DNA of 64,000 bases from Octopus sinensis (lineage: Eukaryota): assembly GCF_006345805.1 (NCBI RefSeq), contig NC_043016.1, positions 25,110,001-25,174,000 on the forward strand. The letters run 5' to 3'. The notes under the pieces are model-generated. The model was not told the DNA's origin. It saw only the letters and a program-made list of their open reading frames with translations, and did no database searches. This document shows, piece by piece, positions 24,630 through 36,938 of this stretch; within the stretch, counting starts at the first letter, position 1, and the number at the start of each line of letters is the position of its first letter. A program made the translations under genes and the position numbers.

Positions 24630-27050
24630 TGAGTTCAAGGTGGAAGGATGTCTTGTGCCAAAAGAAGAAAACTCCACAGCCGTTAATCAGTTCAGGACCA
24701 TCTCCCTCCTAAGTGTTGAAGAGAATATCTTCTTTTCTATACTTGCCAAAAGGATCACATCATACCTGACTGAGACTGGGTATATAAACACATCTTTCCA
24801 GAAAGGTGGGGTTCTCAGGATGTCTGGAACACACTGGAATTCTCAGTCAGTTGATTCAAGAGGCTAAGAAAAGTAAAGGTGACCTGTCAGTGGTTTTGGC
24901 TGGATCTAGAAAATGCAAACAGATCAATTCCTCATGCCTTCATATATGCAACCCTTGACTGCAATCATGTTCCCTCACATATCAGGGGAATAATCAACAG
25001 TTATTTTGGAGGCATCCAGTTATATTTCAGAATAACCCATTTTACAACTCAGTGACAAGACCTTAAGAAAGGAATCATAACTGGGTGCACGATTTCCCCC
25101 CATTCTATTCATCATGGTTATGAATCTCCTAATATCAATTGCCAATAGAGAAGCCCAAGGACCAACAATGGAATCAGGAAGCTGTCAGTATAAGGGGCTT
25201 CATGGATGATATTATGGTAACAACTGCAACCCATGTGGATGAAGAAAGAGTGCTGACTTCACTAGAACACATGGCAAAATGGGCAAGAATGAGGTTTAAG
25301 CCCCCAAAATTGAGGAACATGGTGATCAATAGGAGGCAAAGTAACCAACAAAATCAGGCTGCAAATGCATCAGTAGAGGAAAATCCTTTAAACGCCTTGG
25401 AAAGATATTTACAAGTCACTCTCAGACAGAAGCAATGTCACCAACATTGTGAAGCAAGCAGAGGAGTGGCTGATGAGGATTGATAGATCAGGGCTTCCAG
25501 GAAAGTTCAGGGCATGGTTCTATCAGCATGGACTGCTCCCAAGACTCATATGGTTGTTGATGCTGTATAGTATTCTGATGACAAGTGTGGAAAGGGTGGA
25601 GAGTAACATAAATAAAAACCTCTGAAGATGGCTAGGTGTTCTCCAAGCTTCACTTCAATAGGTCTGTGCATAAGATCAGGACAACTACAACTTCCCCTGG
25701 CATCCATAGTGGAAGTATTTAAAGTAGCAAAATGTAATGTTGTAATGATGTACAGAGGCTCTAAGGGTGAGCTTGTTAAACATGCAGGTATTACTACAAG
25801 ATCTGGGTGGAAGTGGGAAGCTAGCACCACAGTCACTCAGGCTGAAGGGATGTGACATCATTAGAGTTACATGCAGGGTCGCCAAGGTCTTGGTTCTTCC
25901 TATTTCCAACAATGGAAGAAAACAGACACCAGGGAAGGGCTTGCAATGACCCAGAAAGCGATGCAGTACCAGGAGGAAGAAAGAAGAAAATCAAGAGCTG
26001 TGGAGTTGGTATCTCGAGGTGCATGGACTAAATGGGATCTCCCTATGTGGAAGCTCACATAGACTGGCCTGTGGAGGCTGGAACCTTTTTGTATCTTCCT
26101 GCTGCAGGTGGTGTATGACACACTCCTGACACCAACAGACCTGCACAGATGGGATTTGAGAGAAGTCAAGCTGTGTAGAGTTTGTGGAGAAAGGGGCACT
26201 CTGGCACAAATCTTGGCAGAGTGCAGAATAGCACTTTCTCAAGGCAGATATAAATTGCGCCATGATCGGGTACTTGTAACACTTGCTCATACGCTGGAGC
26301 AGGAAAGGCACAAGAAACATCATCACCAGGGAAGGCAACAGCAGTAATTAAGTTTCTGAAAGAGGGAGAGAGACCAGTAAAGTTAGCAAAAACAATACAT
26401 AGCTTGCTGCAAGGATCTCAACCATGTACTGGTGTAGCTAGAGTGTGTGCCACCCCAGACCCCACAAAATGTACATATTGCTTACAGCAAAGCCAAAAGT
26501 AGTGCTGCTTTAAAAGTGCCCTCCTCCCAGTTATGCTGGTGCAACCACAGGATATGAAAGTAGACTTAAAGGAGAGATTGCAGTTTCCCCAGGTTGTCCA
26601 TTCAACCCTGAAGCCAGATGTAGTCCTGTGGTCTGAAAAGACCAGGAAAATTATCATAATGGAACTGTGGGAAGAGGGGTGTGATGAGGCCCATGAACAG
26701 AAGCATGCTAGATATGAGAGCTTTCTGCAGGATTGCAGGGAGAAGGGATAGCAGACATGGCTTTTCCCAATTAAGGATGACTGTAGGGGATTCCTTGCTC
26801 ACTTGGCATAGAAGATGCTTACAGCAATTGGAATGAGAGGTAAGGAGCAAAGGGTGACTGTGCACAGGATGGGAGAGGCAATTGAAAGAGCCTCATACTG
26901 GCTTTGGAGTAAGAGAGAAGAGGTAAGCTGGAAGCCAGGAGGAGATGAGGAGCAGTGACTTGGTCACCTCTGCTGACCCACCAACGGGAGGGTGTTGCAG
27001 TTCTGGGTCAAAACACCTGATGAACGTTGGATACCGCCTGACGACATCAA
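24630..27050 (+). mobile_element. HERO/R2-group (RLE) LINE, 5'-truncated and frameshifted
   Basis: RT motifs QFRTISLLSVE..IFFSILAKR, GCTISP.LF, GFMDDIMVT; CCHC-like CRVCGERGTL.QIL..C; RLE motifs RYKLRHDRVL and LKPDVVLWSEKTRKIIIMEL. Confidence 0.9.
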
Positions 27051-27939
27051 TTCCTCTAGACCAAGGCTCCATTCACTTTGGTAAATGGATAAAGCACCTC
27101 CTTATAGGTGTTATTAACATATGTGTGTGTGTGTGTACACATATACATAAACACATACACACACACATTCATATGTATATATACATATGTGCACGCGCGC
27201 CTGTATGTATCTTTAAAAAGAAAGCAGAAGGCTTGTATGTAGTCTGTGTCGATAAAAATTGCGTCTAGTTGTATTAAACTAAAATTACCGAGAGAAAGAA
27301 AGAGAAAGAGAGATGTAGATGAGGAGAGGAAAACCAAGACAACGTTTTGTTTCCCCTGTGAAAAATTTAAGAGTTACTTCCCTTTAGCATTGCTATTAAC
27401 TGTCAGATGAGTCCACAGTGCTTGTTATATGAAAGATTGAAAGAAACGTTGGAGCGTCCGACAAAATGCTTTGTGGTATTTAGTTACACTACTGTACATT
27501 GTGAGTTCAAATCCCACTGAGATTTACTGTGCCTTTCATTCCTCCGGGATCAGTAAAATGATGTATCAATAAAGTGCTAGGAATATAGGTATCGATTCAA
27601 CCTCTCCCTCGAAATTATTAGTGTTGTGCCTGGATTAAAAACAATTATTCTCTAATCCTTACTCAATCGAGTATAATCTGTGGCTTATATCATTCCAACA
27701 CTACCATTTGGTAATCAGTCCAACACTATCATTTGGCCCGTAGATATCGTTAATGAAACATTCGCTCCAATGAAACATTCCCTCACTGTAACGGTTTTTT
27801 TCTTCTTGTATGCCACCAGTAAATAGTACTAGCCGAACACCGCACATCATTCTGAGCAATTAGGAAAGTCTGCATCGTTCATAGGCCTTGTACACCCACT
27901 AGTAACTCAAATTCATTTTGCGTCATTTTGTTTTAAACT

Positions 27940-27997
<58 letters not shown>

Positions 27998-28139
27998 GCC
28001 CTCCTTCCCTCTCCCGTTCTTTCTTTCTTTCTTTCTTTGCTTTTTACTAAATGGTCTTACAGTCCTGAAACTGGTAAGTTCGATGCTGTAAATGTTCTGT
28101 TAAAATTACTGCAGGTCAACACCTACAGGAAGAACATGA

Positions 28140-29860
28140 ACAGAGTAAAGTTTCAAAAGGGCAAATTTTCTTAGGAAAACAGACTGGGTACAATGAGAGT
28201 TGTGGGGTGGAGCAGGAGAGACTGGATGCATCAAGGGTGAAGCACCAAGTGGAGAGATAAATGGGCTGGGGAGTGCCTGAGTGATGAAGGTATGAAACCA
28301 GCTACCTCTGAGAAGCAGAGACCAATATAATAGAAGTAGAATAGACAGAGAGTGGAGACAGAATACTTATGGGTCAGAGGTTATATTTATCAGTTGTCTG
28401 TCCCTTTTCTCAATGCTGTCCAAAATGACAATGTGTATAGCAACAGCCCTGTTTCAGCTGTAGGCACAGTACTTGAGCTTGACTTGAGTCTAATAGAACG
28501 TCACTAGTTGTTAAGAGCTGAAATATCTGCTGGCAATGAAGAAAAGAGCCAGTCTTTGGGATACACTTATAGTTATGCTAAGGATGTGCTCTTGCTAGTA
28601 GAAATCTTTAGTGATAGTGAGGGCCAGTATTTGGAGTGACTGGAGGTTCTAGCTGAATGTTACCCAGTTTAGATGGTCTGTGGTGGTGTTTTCTTGATAT
28701 AAGTGTTGCTTGAGTCTTTTGCTATTAACAGAGACAAGGTTGGTGTGTCCTGATTGTTGGGTGATCTTAAAATCTTCACTTACTGATTCAATGTAAGTTT
28801 GTTGTGTAGATTGCAGAAAAGGTTAAGGAAGAATGAAGGGTTGTGTCATCTGTTCAAGAGTGGGTACTGAGGAATGTGGTGGCAAGTAGGTCATTGAAGT
28901 ACAGAATGAAGAGAATGGGGGTCAAATCTAAATCCAGGAGAACACAGAGTTGATTGAGAGAACAGAAAGAATGCTGTTAATACATGCCAAAGTTGTATGA
29001 TGTGATAGAATGCTAGTGTTCCAAGTAATGAGAGATGGCTGAACTCTGTATGTGAAATGTTTGGATAGGATATTTGCATGCTGAACATGATCAAAAACTT
29101 TGCTGATGTGCAAAGCAACATTTCTTTCATTAAGCCCCATTGCTGAATGATATAAAAGGTCTTCAGTAAATTTGATTCTGTTAAAGCCATACTGATGGAA
29201 TGTAGAAAAGTATGAGTTGTGTACTCTTGAAAGCATCCTTTGCACACCTGATAGTGATCTTTCTGAGTAAATGCCACCCAATTTTATGGAATGGGTGAGA
29301 GTCTCTAGACATTTGATAATGAGAAATTCATATTTTGTGTTCATGTGTTACTTGTGGAAAGACTGGAGTTCAAGCAGGATTGATACTATACCTTTATGTA
29401 TATTAACATTGTTGTTTTGTTTTTCTTTGTGCTGTTGATCATGATTCTGGTTTTGATTAGAAGTTGTTGATGGTGTTAGATGTAGTAATAGAGTTATTGA
29501 TTGTCACATAAATTACACTTATTTTCATTGAAAATATCATTCTTCTTTCTTTTTGTGTTGCTGTTACTGCTATCTTGTTCCCTATCAGAAAATGGTACTT
29601 AGTAGCACTAAGCATCATTCTGCTCCTTTCCAGTTATAATATGCTCACTTGCATTAAATTTTTGTCCAGGTTGTAAAAAATGTTTAACCTTGAAACTGAC
29701 GGATGCTCATTTGCTTCGATGTCCACATCTCAAGAACTACTCAACTATTTTTTTATGGTCCTATTTCTTCTTGCCAAAATTTTTATGCTGCTTGATTGTC
29801 CATCCCAAATTTTACAATGGCCATTTTCATTTAATTCAAGATCACTACTGATGGACTATG
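28140..29860 (-). mobile_element. CR1-like LINE fragment
   Basis: ALHISKVFDHVQHANILSK..YRVQPSLITW matches RT motif LDISKAFDRVWH..LLSKL; many stops. Confidence 0.8.
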
Positions 29861-29869
29861 GAGGTGCAA

Positions 29870-30010
29870 TGGCCCAGTGGTTAGGGCAGTGGACTCGCGG
29901 TCAGAGGATCATGGTTTCGATTCCCAGACCGGGCATTGTGTGTGTTTATTGAGCGAAAACACCTAAAACCTCCACGAGGCTCCGGCAGGGGGTGGTGGCA
30001 ACCCCTGTAG
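29870..30010 (+). mobile_element. tRNA-derived SINE (third family)
   Basis: A box TGGCCCAGTGGTTAG and B box GGTTTCGATTCC, followed by non-tRNA sequence. Confidence 0.8.
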
Positions 30011-30524
30011 TGAGTGTCCATGTTTGTGTATGGGGTCTTTTCCTCTGCTATTTCCATATGTATTCCTGTTTCAATTGGTTTGAATCTTTGAATCATCCCA
30101 AGACATGCTCCAATTGTTGTGGGTACCCTTATAATATTTTTCTTCCTTTTATCTGCTCCAAAGCAACTTGCATACATATAGCTGTTTCCATTGTTCATTT
30201 GTCTAACTAAATATTTACTATTTTATTGTTTACCAAATTAACCTTTAGCACACTGCATTTTCTCTAGAATTGTTTCCCCTGCCACTGTCCTGTTACTACA
30301 GGGGAAAAAACTCATACAGTAGCATGATGCACCTACAGTATACTAAGGGTTAATCTTGTCTACATCAGTAATTCATATTATATTGTTCCCATAATTTATT
30401 GTATTATCTATGACGTTGTCTCTGTCACCTCATACATGTTCTCTTGTATGTGTTCAGCTGATTGTGCCTGTAATAGGATAGGGCTTCTATTTCAATATTT
30501 CTCTTGATATGTTGTGTTCTTCAG

Positions 30525-30752
30525 TATGTTGATAGTGTAAATGGGGCAACAAATGGACTTATGACAGTGTACAGATATATATTTAATTCTTTTGATGGAC
30601 AGCCTACCCAGCCTGTTTGGAGTGTCAATATTTCTACTGAAAAACGGGCTGTAATATTTCCACTTGACCATACACCCAATAATCAAGATGTTTCTAAATG
30701 TGCACAAGAGGAGCCAAAGACCCTCCTGAGTAAGACCGATGATAGTAACTGA
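30525..30752 (+). CDS. Candidate terminal coding exon of an unidentified gene (YVDSVNGATNGLMTVYRY...LLSKTDDSN*)
   Basis: Pyrimidine-rich acceptor GTTGTGTTCTTCAG and 75 open codons of ordinary composition in non-repetitive DNA. Stop at 30750-30752 and AATAAA at 31065. No homolog recognised. Confidence 0.45.
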   Translation, partial: YVDSVNGATNGLMTVYRYIFNSFDGQPTQPVWSVNISTEKRAVIFPLDHTPNNQDVSKCAQEEPKTLLSKTDDSN

Positions 30753-31153
30753 TCCAGCTACCTTACAGGTTGCATTATAAGTAGCATAATGGTAGTAATC
30801 CTATATGTACTAATGCTGATTCTGCTGTGGAATAATGTGGAAATGATATTCCTGAGTGATGTGACATTTCATAATGCTGATGTTCACTAAATATATCTTC
30901 TATGGCTAACATGTAAGAAGGACTGTCTCAACTAATATGACTTACAAAGTGCTTATCCAACCAAATCCAAATTAGGTACATAGCCCATCATTACCTCAAC
31001 AGTTTAAAAAATCTCTGATAGATGTTAGAGGTTAGCTAAAGTCATTGAAATTTCAGCAAATTACAATAAAATTAGAAACATGGTTTCACATACAGCTGGT
31101 ACCAGCATAAAAATAACACTGAAAGGCCACATATTTAAATTTAAAGGCAAATC

Positions 31154-31186
<33 letters not shown>

Positions 31187-31505
31187 TCCACCTGTCTATA
31201 TATATATAGATATGAATTAAATAAATCACAAAGGAGCTTTTTTTCAGAAGCTCTGGGGAAGTTATATAGCATTGCACAAACACTTAGCTATAAGTGCACT
31301 GCATCTTGTAGCAGAAACAGCTATTGAAGTTGATTACATAATTTCTATTCACAAGTAATTTCTTTAAATTCATATTACACACTGTACTTGATCAATGCTT
31401 TATTGTCTAGCATATGTGTAGTGAGTTCCAACACTAGTTATTAGTATTGCTATGCCTAAGCAAAATCTTAAAATACATACATTATATATATATATATATA
31501 TATAG

Positions 31506-32053
31506 CACTGGTAACAAACAATTTTTCTATAAATATTTTTGCTACCCTAAGGTTTTTTAATTAATGATAAAAGGTTTTTGGCTAATTTTGAAAGAAAATT
31601 GGCAGTTTATTTACTGCTGGATAGTTCCACATTTGCGCGGAGGATTCGAAAAATTATAACATATAGACACGTGGCATGTTACTTATCACCTTGTATCTAT
31701 ATGTTGATCCCTGGCATCCTACTGACGAAGCAACACCAGATATAAATTAAAATTATTTTATTTCAATCTATATAAGATTGCAGAAACTATGCATAGTCTA
31801 GGAAAAATAAGGTAAATGTTTTTATTTTTCATTCCCTTTCAGAATTGCAACTATTAGTGGCTTGGAGTTTTAACTGCTCTTTCTAGTGAGTCAGATGTCC
31901 TATTATTGGTCATCTCTTATGTGTTTGAATGTACACTGTATTCTTCTATGAATAATGTATAGTCTATTGACTAAATTTTTCCTTCTCGCTAGACCACTGG
32001 TAACAAAGAATTTTTCTATAAATATTTTTGCTACCCTAAGATTTTTTAATTAA
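31506..32053 (+). mobile_element. 489-bp hammerhead-containing unit with 59-bp terminal direct repeats (retrozyme-like)
   Basis: CACTGGTAACAAA(C/G)AATTTTTCTATAAATATTTTTGCTACCCTAAG(G/A)TTTTTTAATTAA at 31506-31564 and 31995-32053; (TA)n on both flanks. Confidence 0.75.
31717..31803 (+). ncRNA. Near-intact type I hammerhead ribozyme
   Basis: Helix I TCCTA/TAGGA; CTGACGA; helix II GCAA/TTGC (A.A at the 10.1-11.1 position); GAAA; helix III perfect palindrome ACTATGCATAGT; GTC cleavage site after 31798. Confidence 0.8.
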
Positions 32054-32069
32054 ATATATATATATATGC

Positions 32070-32320
32070 AATGAACTGGTAGAAGTCAAACACACGCAAG
32101 GTGGACAGAAGTGCTTCAAAGACATACTGAATACTTCACAGAGGTACTTTCAGATCAGCCATGACACCTGGGAAATGCAAGCACAGGACTGCCCTGCCTG
32201 GTGTAGCTACACAGACAAAGGTGCCACCTCCTTCAAATGAACAGGATTGCAGGAGCACAAAGAAACATGAGCTGTACCAAATCCAGAGCCAACTCCTTGC
32301 CTTTATTCCCAGCAGACCAC
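32070..32320 (+). mobile_element. RTE (BovB-like) LINE 3' fragment
   Basis: Degenerate KD.L..Y.....I..DTWE....D.PAW......GA..F pattern. Confidence 0.6.
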
Positions 32321-34144
32321 CAATATATATATACACACATAAAAAAAGATGCAGCCTTTGTATTAGGTATCATTATACATTATAGATATTACTGATATCA
32401 TTGTGAACTATGATGGTGAGTGAATACTCACATCACAATAGACACTATGGAAACTGTGCACATAAAAGCTACAACAAACTCTTGCCCCAAAGCACAGACT
32501 CCATTAAGAAGGTTATGGAAGCATAACAAAAGACTTTCACAAATTAATAAATAATTAAACTACAACCCAACCAACGTGCATGTCTATATTTATTAGCAGA
32601 ATGACCTGCCCAAAATACTGAAATACTTCAATGCATAGTTCTATATCAAGAATTTTGCAAAACAATTACAAAAATGGGTAGATATGCAAGTATGTGTGAA
32701 AATGATAAAGAGAGAAAGCAACAAAAGAGATTTGAGAATATATACATATATACAAACACACACACACAGATACACGAAGAATTGAAATAAGAGTAGTTAT
32801 GCTAAGTGGCTGAACATTTTTTTTTTTTTAGATTTATGATTTATAGAAAAAAATTGAAGATAAAACTCATGTAAGTAAACAGTAAAGTTTATTATAATTA
32901 AATGCCTACCGAAAGAAATAAAGTTCGTTTTTCTTTTTTCTTTTTCGTAAATCTATAAGCAATCATTAATTTTATAGAGAAGAATTGAAAAATCACCATA
33001 AGACAAAACAAAAAAAAAAAGACCCAAACAGCCTAGCTGTAATTTAAAAACAACAACACCAAAAGGACAGAAATATAAAAAGAAAAATAACAACAAAAGA
33101 AAAAACCTGTGAGTTATTTATTGAAAGAATAAAATGAAATAAAATATGAATGTAAGTAAATCATTATTTTTGGGGGCAATTTTTCTTTTTAAATTTTAGA
33201 CACATGAGGGCATTTTGAAGAATTTGAAATTGAAACAATGATAAAAGTAAATGCCACTCATAACCAATAGGTAAGAACCTCACCGGGAACAGTAAATTTA
33301 CATAGAAAGAAATCAGAGACCAGAAAACGGTAGAAGCTGCACCGGGCACATAAGGTTAAGGAGAAAAAAAAAAAAAGGAAAAAGAAAAAGAAAAAACACA
33401 GACTAACATTGAATGGATTATTATCATTATTGAAACAATACTAAGGAAAATAAAGTGGACTTTTATAATGGTAGCTAAAATACCATTTTAGTCTTGTTCC
33501 AAGATGATCTACAATAATACTTTGTGTAAGAAAGGGTGGTATTATTATTATTATTATTTCACTAAAGCTTAAGAGAATGATTTTTAAAGAATGGTGTCAT
33601 TTCTCAGAGGCTGAAAAGATAAAAAAAAAATTGGAGTTGTTCCCAGGTGAGTGAAATGGCTTTGATAAAAAGAGTTACACCATTCCACTGATGCAAAACT
33701 GAAAAGGTTTCAGTAGAATGATATTGGCCCTCTAAAGCTAACAGAACAGTTCTGATAGTTAAGGTTTTGTTATTCCTCTGAGATTTGATAAAATGGTGTT
33801 GCTTTGCAGGGAGAAAAGGAGCTTATATATTTACCCAGAGTTCCTTTTTTTATTTAATAAAACAAAAAATTATATTCTCCTTTCGAGGTTAACAGCGATG
33901 GTTTTGTTTCCATCTTAAAAACAAAAAAAACAAAAGCCAATTTATCTGAGGTTAACAAGGTTTTTTGGTAAAAAGAATTGTAATAAACATTCAACAAGGA
34001 TTTTAAATCTAAAACAAAATAAATATATATTTAAAAACAAACAAAACAAACATTTGGCTGGATAAATTGGTAAACAGGCAAATAGACTAAAGCATAAGTG
34101 CATGAGTGTGTCTGTTTGTGTGTGTGCACGCGTGTGTGTATAGA

Positions 34145-34184
<40 letters not shown>

Positions 34185-34201
34185 CATACATATACATATA
34201 G

Positions 34202-34233
<32 letters not shown>

Positions 34234-34385
34234 GCACATCATACATTTACATACATATACATATATATACATACAAAAGCTCTAATTTATTATGCCAGCT
34301 GCAACCTAATGTTATCAACTGGCAATATCAGTTTTTTGGTAGGGGTCACACTGAGCTATGCTGATATAATGTAGGATAAATATAG

Positions 34386-34416
<31 letters not shown>

Positions 34417-34419
34417 ATT

Positions 34420-34680
34420 TAGAATGTGGAATCTAAAAACAGAAACAATTCCTATCATAATAGGTGCATTAGACATGATAAAAAAATATTCAAATACATA
34501 ACAAAAACACCAGGACTTACAAACACATATAACATACAGAAAATTGCACTACTAGGCACTGCACACATCCTACGCAGAACACTTTCCATACAGTAACCAT
34601 CAGAGCATCACAACAAATCACAGCACATACCCAAGGCACACAGAGCTGCGCTCGGTAGTGAAGTGAAAGCACGCTAAAAA
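34420..34680 (+). mobile_element. R4/Dong-like RLE LINE 3' end
   Basis: MWNLKTETIPIIIGALDMIKK...NIQKIALLGTAHILRRTLSIQ*, a typical restriction-like endonuclease C-terminus. Confidence 0.8.
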
Positions 34681-34690
34681 AAATATACTA

Positions 34691-34725
<35 letters not shown>

Positions 34726-35124
34726 GCCATGGATGGAATTTAAATAATATTTTAATGCATAGAGATATATTAAAATATTTATGAATTCCATCCATGGATC
34801 ATTATTATTATTATTATTATTATTACTACTACTACTATACATACATATATATATATATGCATGTATGTATGTATACATCTATATAGATATAAAGTTTTCT
34901 TATATGCTGGCTACTGATAAAATTATTTAATTTTAATGATTTTTATCCTTAAATTATGTTTATATATATATATATATATGCATATATAATCAATGATAGA
35001 ATTGCTTATGTTGTAACAAAGAAAGTATTACCCAATACATACAGTAGATATCTATTATTTTTAATTAAAATTAATTGTCATTATAACATATATTTGAACA
35101 AAACTTAAAACAATGGTTACAATA

Positions 35125-35132
35125 GCAATTAT

Positions 35133-35213
<81 letters not shown>

Positions 35214-35275
35214 CACGCACAAATACATACATATATATATACATACATGTACATATATAAATATACATATCCATA

Positions 35276-35342
<67 letters not shown>

Positions 35343-36000
35343 CTATATTTGGTCTATAAACTGGCCTTCACCAGTAATAAATATAGACTGCTCTACTTCT
35401 TAAAGTGTGCTTCTTCCCCGGATTTATGTTTTACTAAAAAAGCGATATATATATATACACACACATATACACAAATATAAAAAGCTTACTGTTAACAAAA
35501 GTCACCATGCATGGTATTCAGTTACTCAATAAACAAAAAATGCATTAAATACTACAAGACATACACGTAGGACAGACACAGAAGGACCCTAATTCTTCAT
35601 CAGCTATCAACCAAAAGTTCTGATACTCAGTTTCGTAACTCTAACAAAAAGACTGAGAACTTTGTATATTGGTGGCACCTGTAAACATATATATATATAT
35701 ATACATATATACACGCACATATCTATATAATATATAATACATATACATACACATATCTATATATACATACACATATATATGCACACATATATATATACAT
35801 ATATAATATATATATAACATATATATTATATATACACATATATATATATACATATAGCACACACACACACAATATATACATAAATATATATTATATATAT
35901 ATATATTATACATATACATATATATTATATATATATATACATATATACAATATATATATATATTACATATACATACATACATATACATATATACATACAC

Positions 36001-36059
<59 letters not shown>

Positions 36060-36340
36060 CATATATGTACATATATGTATATATACATATATATAATGCA
36101 TACATATATATATAAATATAATTACATACATATACACACACATATTTTATATATAATATACATATATACCCATATATATATTATATATTATATACATATA
36201 TACCCATATATATATATATATATACATATACACCCATATATATATATAGAGATATACATATAAACCCATATTATATATATATAATATATATATAATAGAT
36301 ATATAGATATATATATATATTATATATTATAATATATACA
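35125..36340. repeat. (TA)n/(CA)n mixed microsatellite field
   Basis: Directly visible; interrupted at ~35350-35690. Confidence 0.95.
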
Positions 36341-36683
36341 GTGTTTACATGATAGACTGGTATATATAAGGTGTCTTTAAAACAATAATTGGTGGCAAGA
36401 TATATATGGATTTTTCTATGATATTCTGGAAGTCTACTTAATGATAAAAAAAAGTTTATCAAGATTAAAATAATCCCATATTCCATCAGCAATGTGTGTA
36501 GTTAATGCACCATTTGCTTTCATTAATTCTAAGTTGCTACCAGCAATATATATTGCAGACTTGTACTACATCAAAATATACATGTTGTGAAGGGTTTTTG
36601 TTTATAATGGTAAAAATTTATTAGAACCAGGTTAAAAATCGCATCTGATATTTCTAGTGACTTGTTCTGTTAATATCAGAGCA

Positions 36684-36717
<34 letters not shown>

Positions 36718-36731
36718 GAGAGAGAGAGAGG

Positions 36732-36771
<40 letters not shown>

Positions 36772-36905
36772 TTGTTACTATAAACAATGGTCAGTTTCTA
36801 AATTTAGAAATTCCTTTCAAAACATTTTACTGAGTACACATTAAAAAAAAGGTTTTAGCTATATGTGAAAGTGAGAGGTAGAGATAGATAGATAGAGAGA
36901 GAGAA

Positions 36906-36938
<33 letters not shown>

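Noticed and set aside
29870-29945. tRNA gene
   Set aside because: A/B boxes are present but there is no complete cloverleaf, and the sequence continues into a SINE body. The same applies to the other SINE heads.
33608-33646. 39-nt plus-strand exon (CAG|AGGCTG...CCCAG|GTGAGT; AEKIKKKLELFP)
   Set aside because: Splice signals are plausible but the peptide derives largely from an A-run and has no recognisable homology or partner exons.
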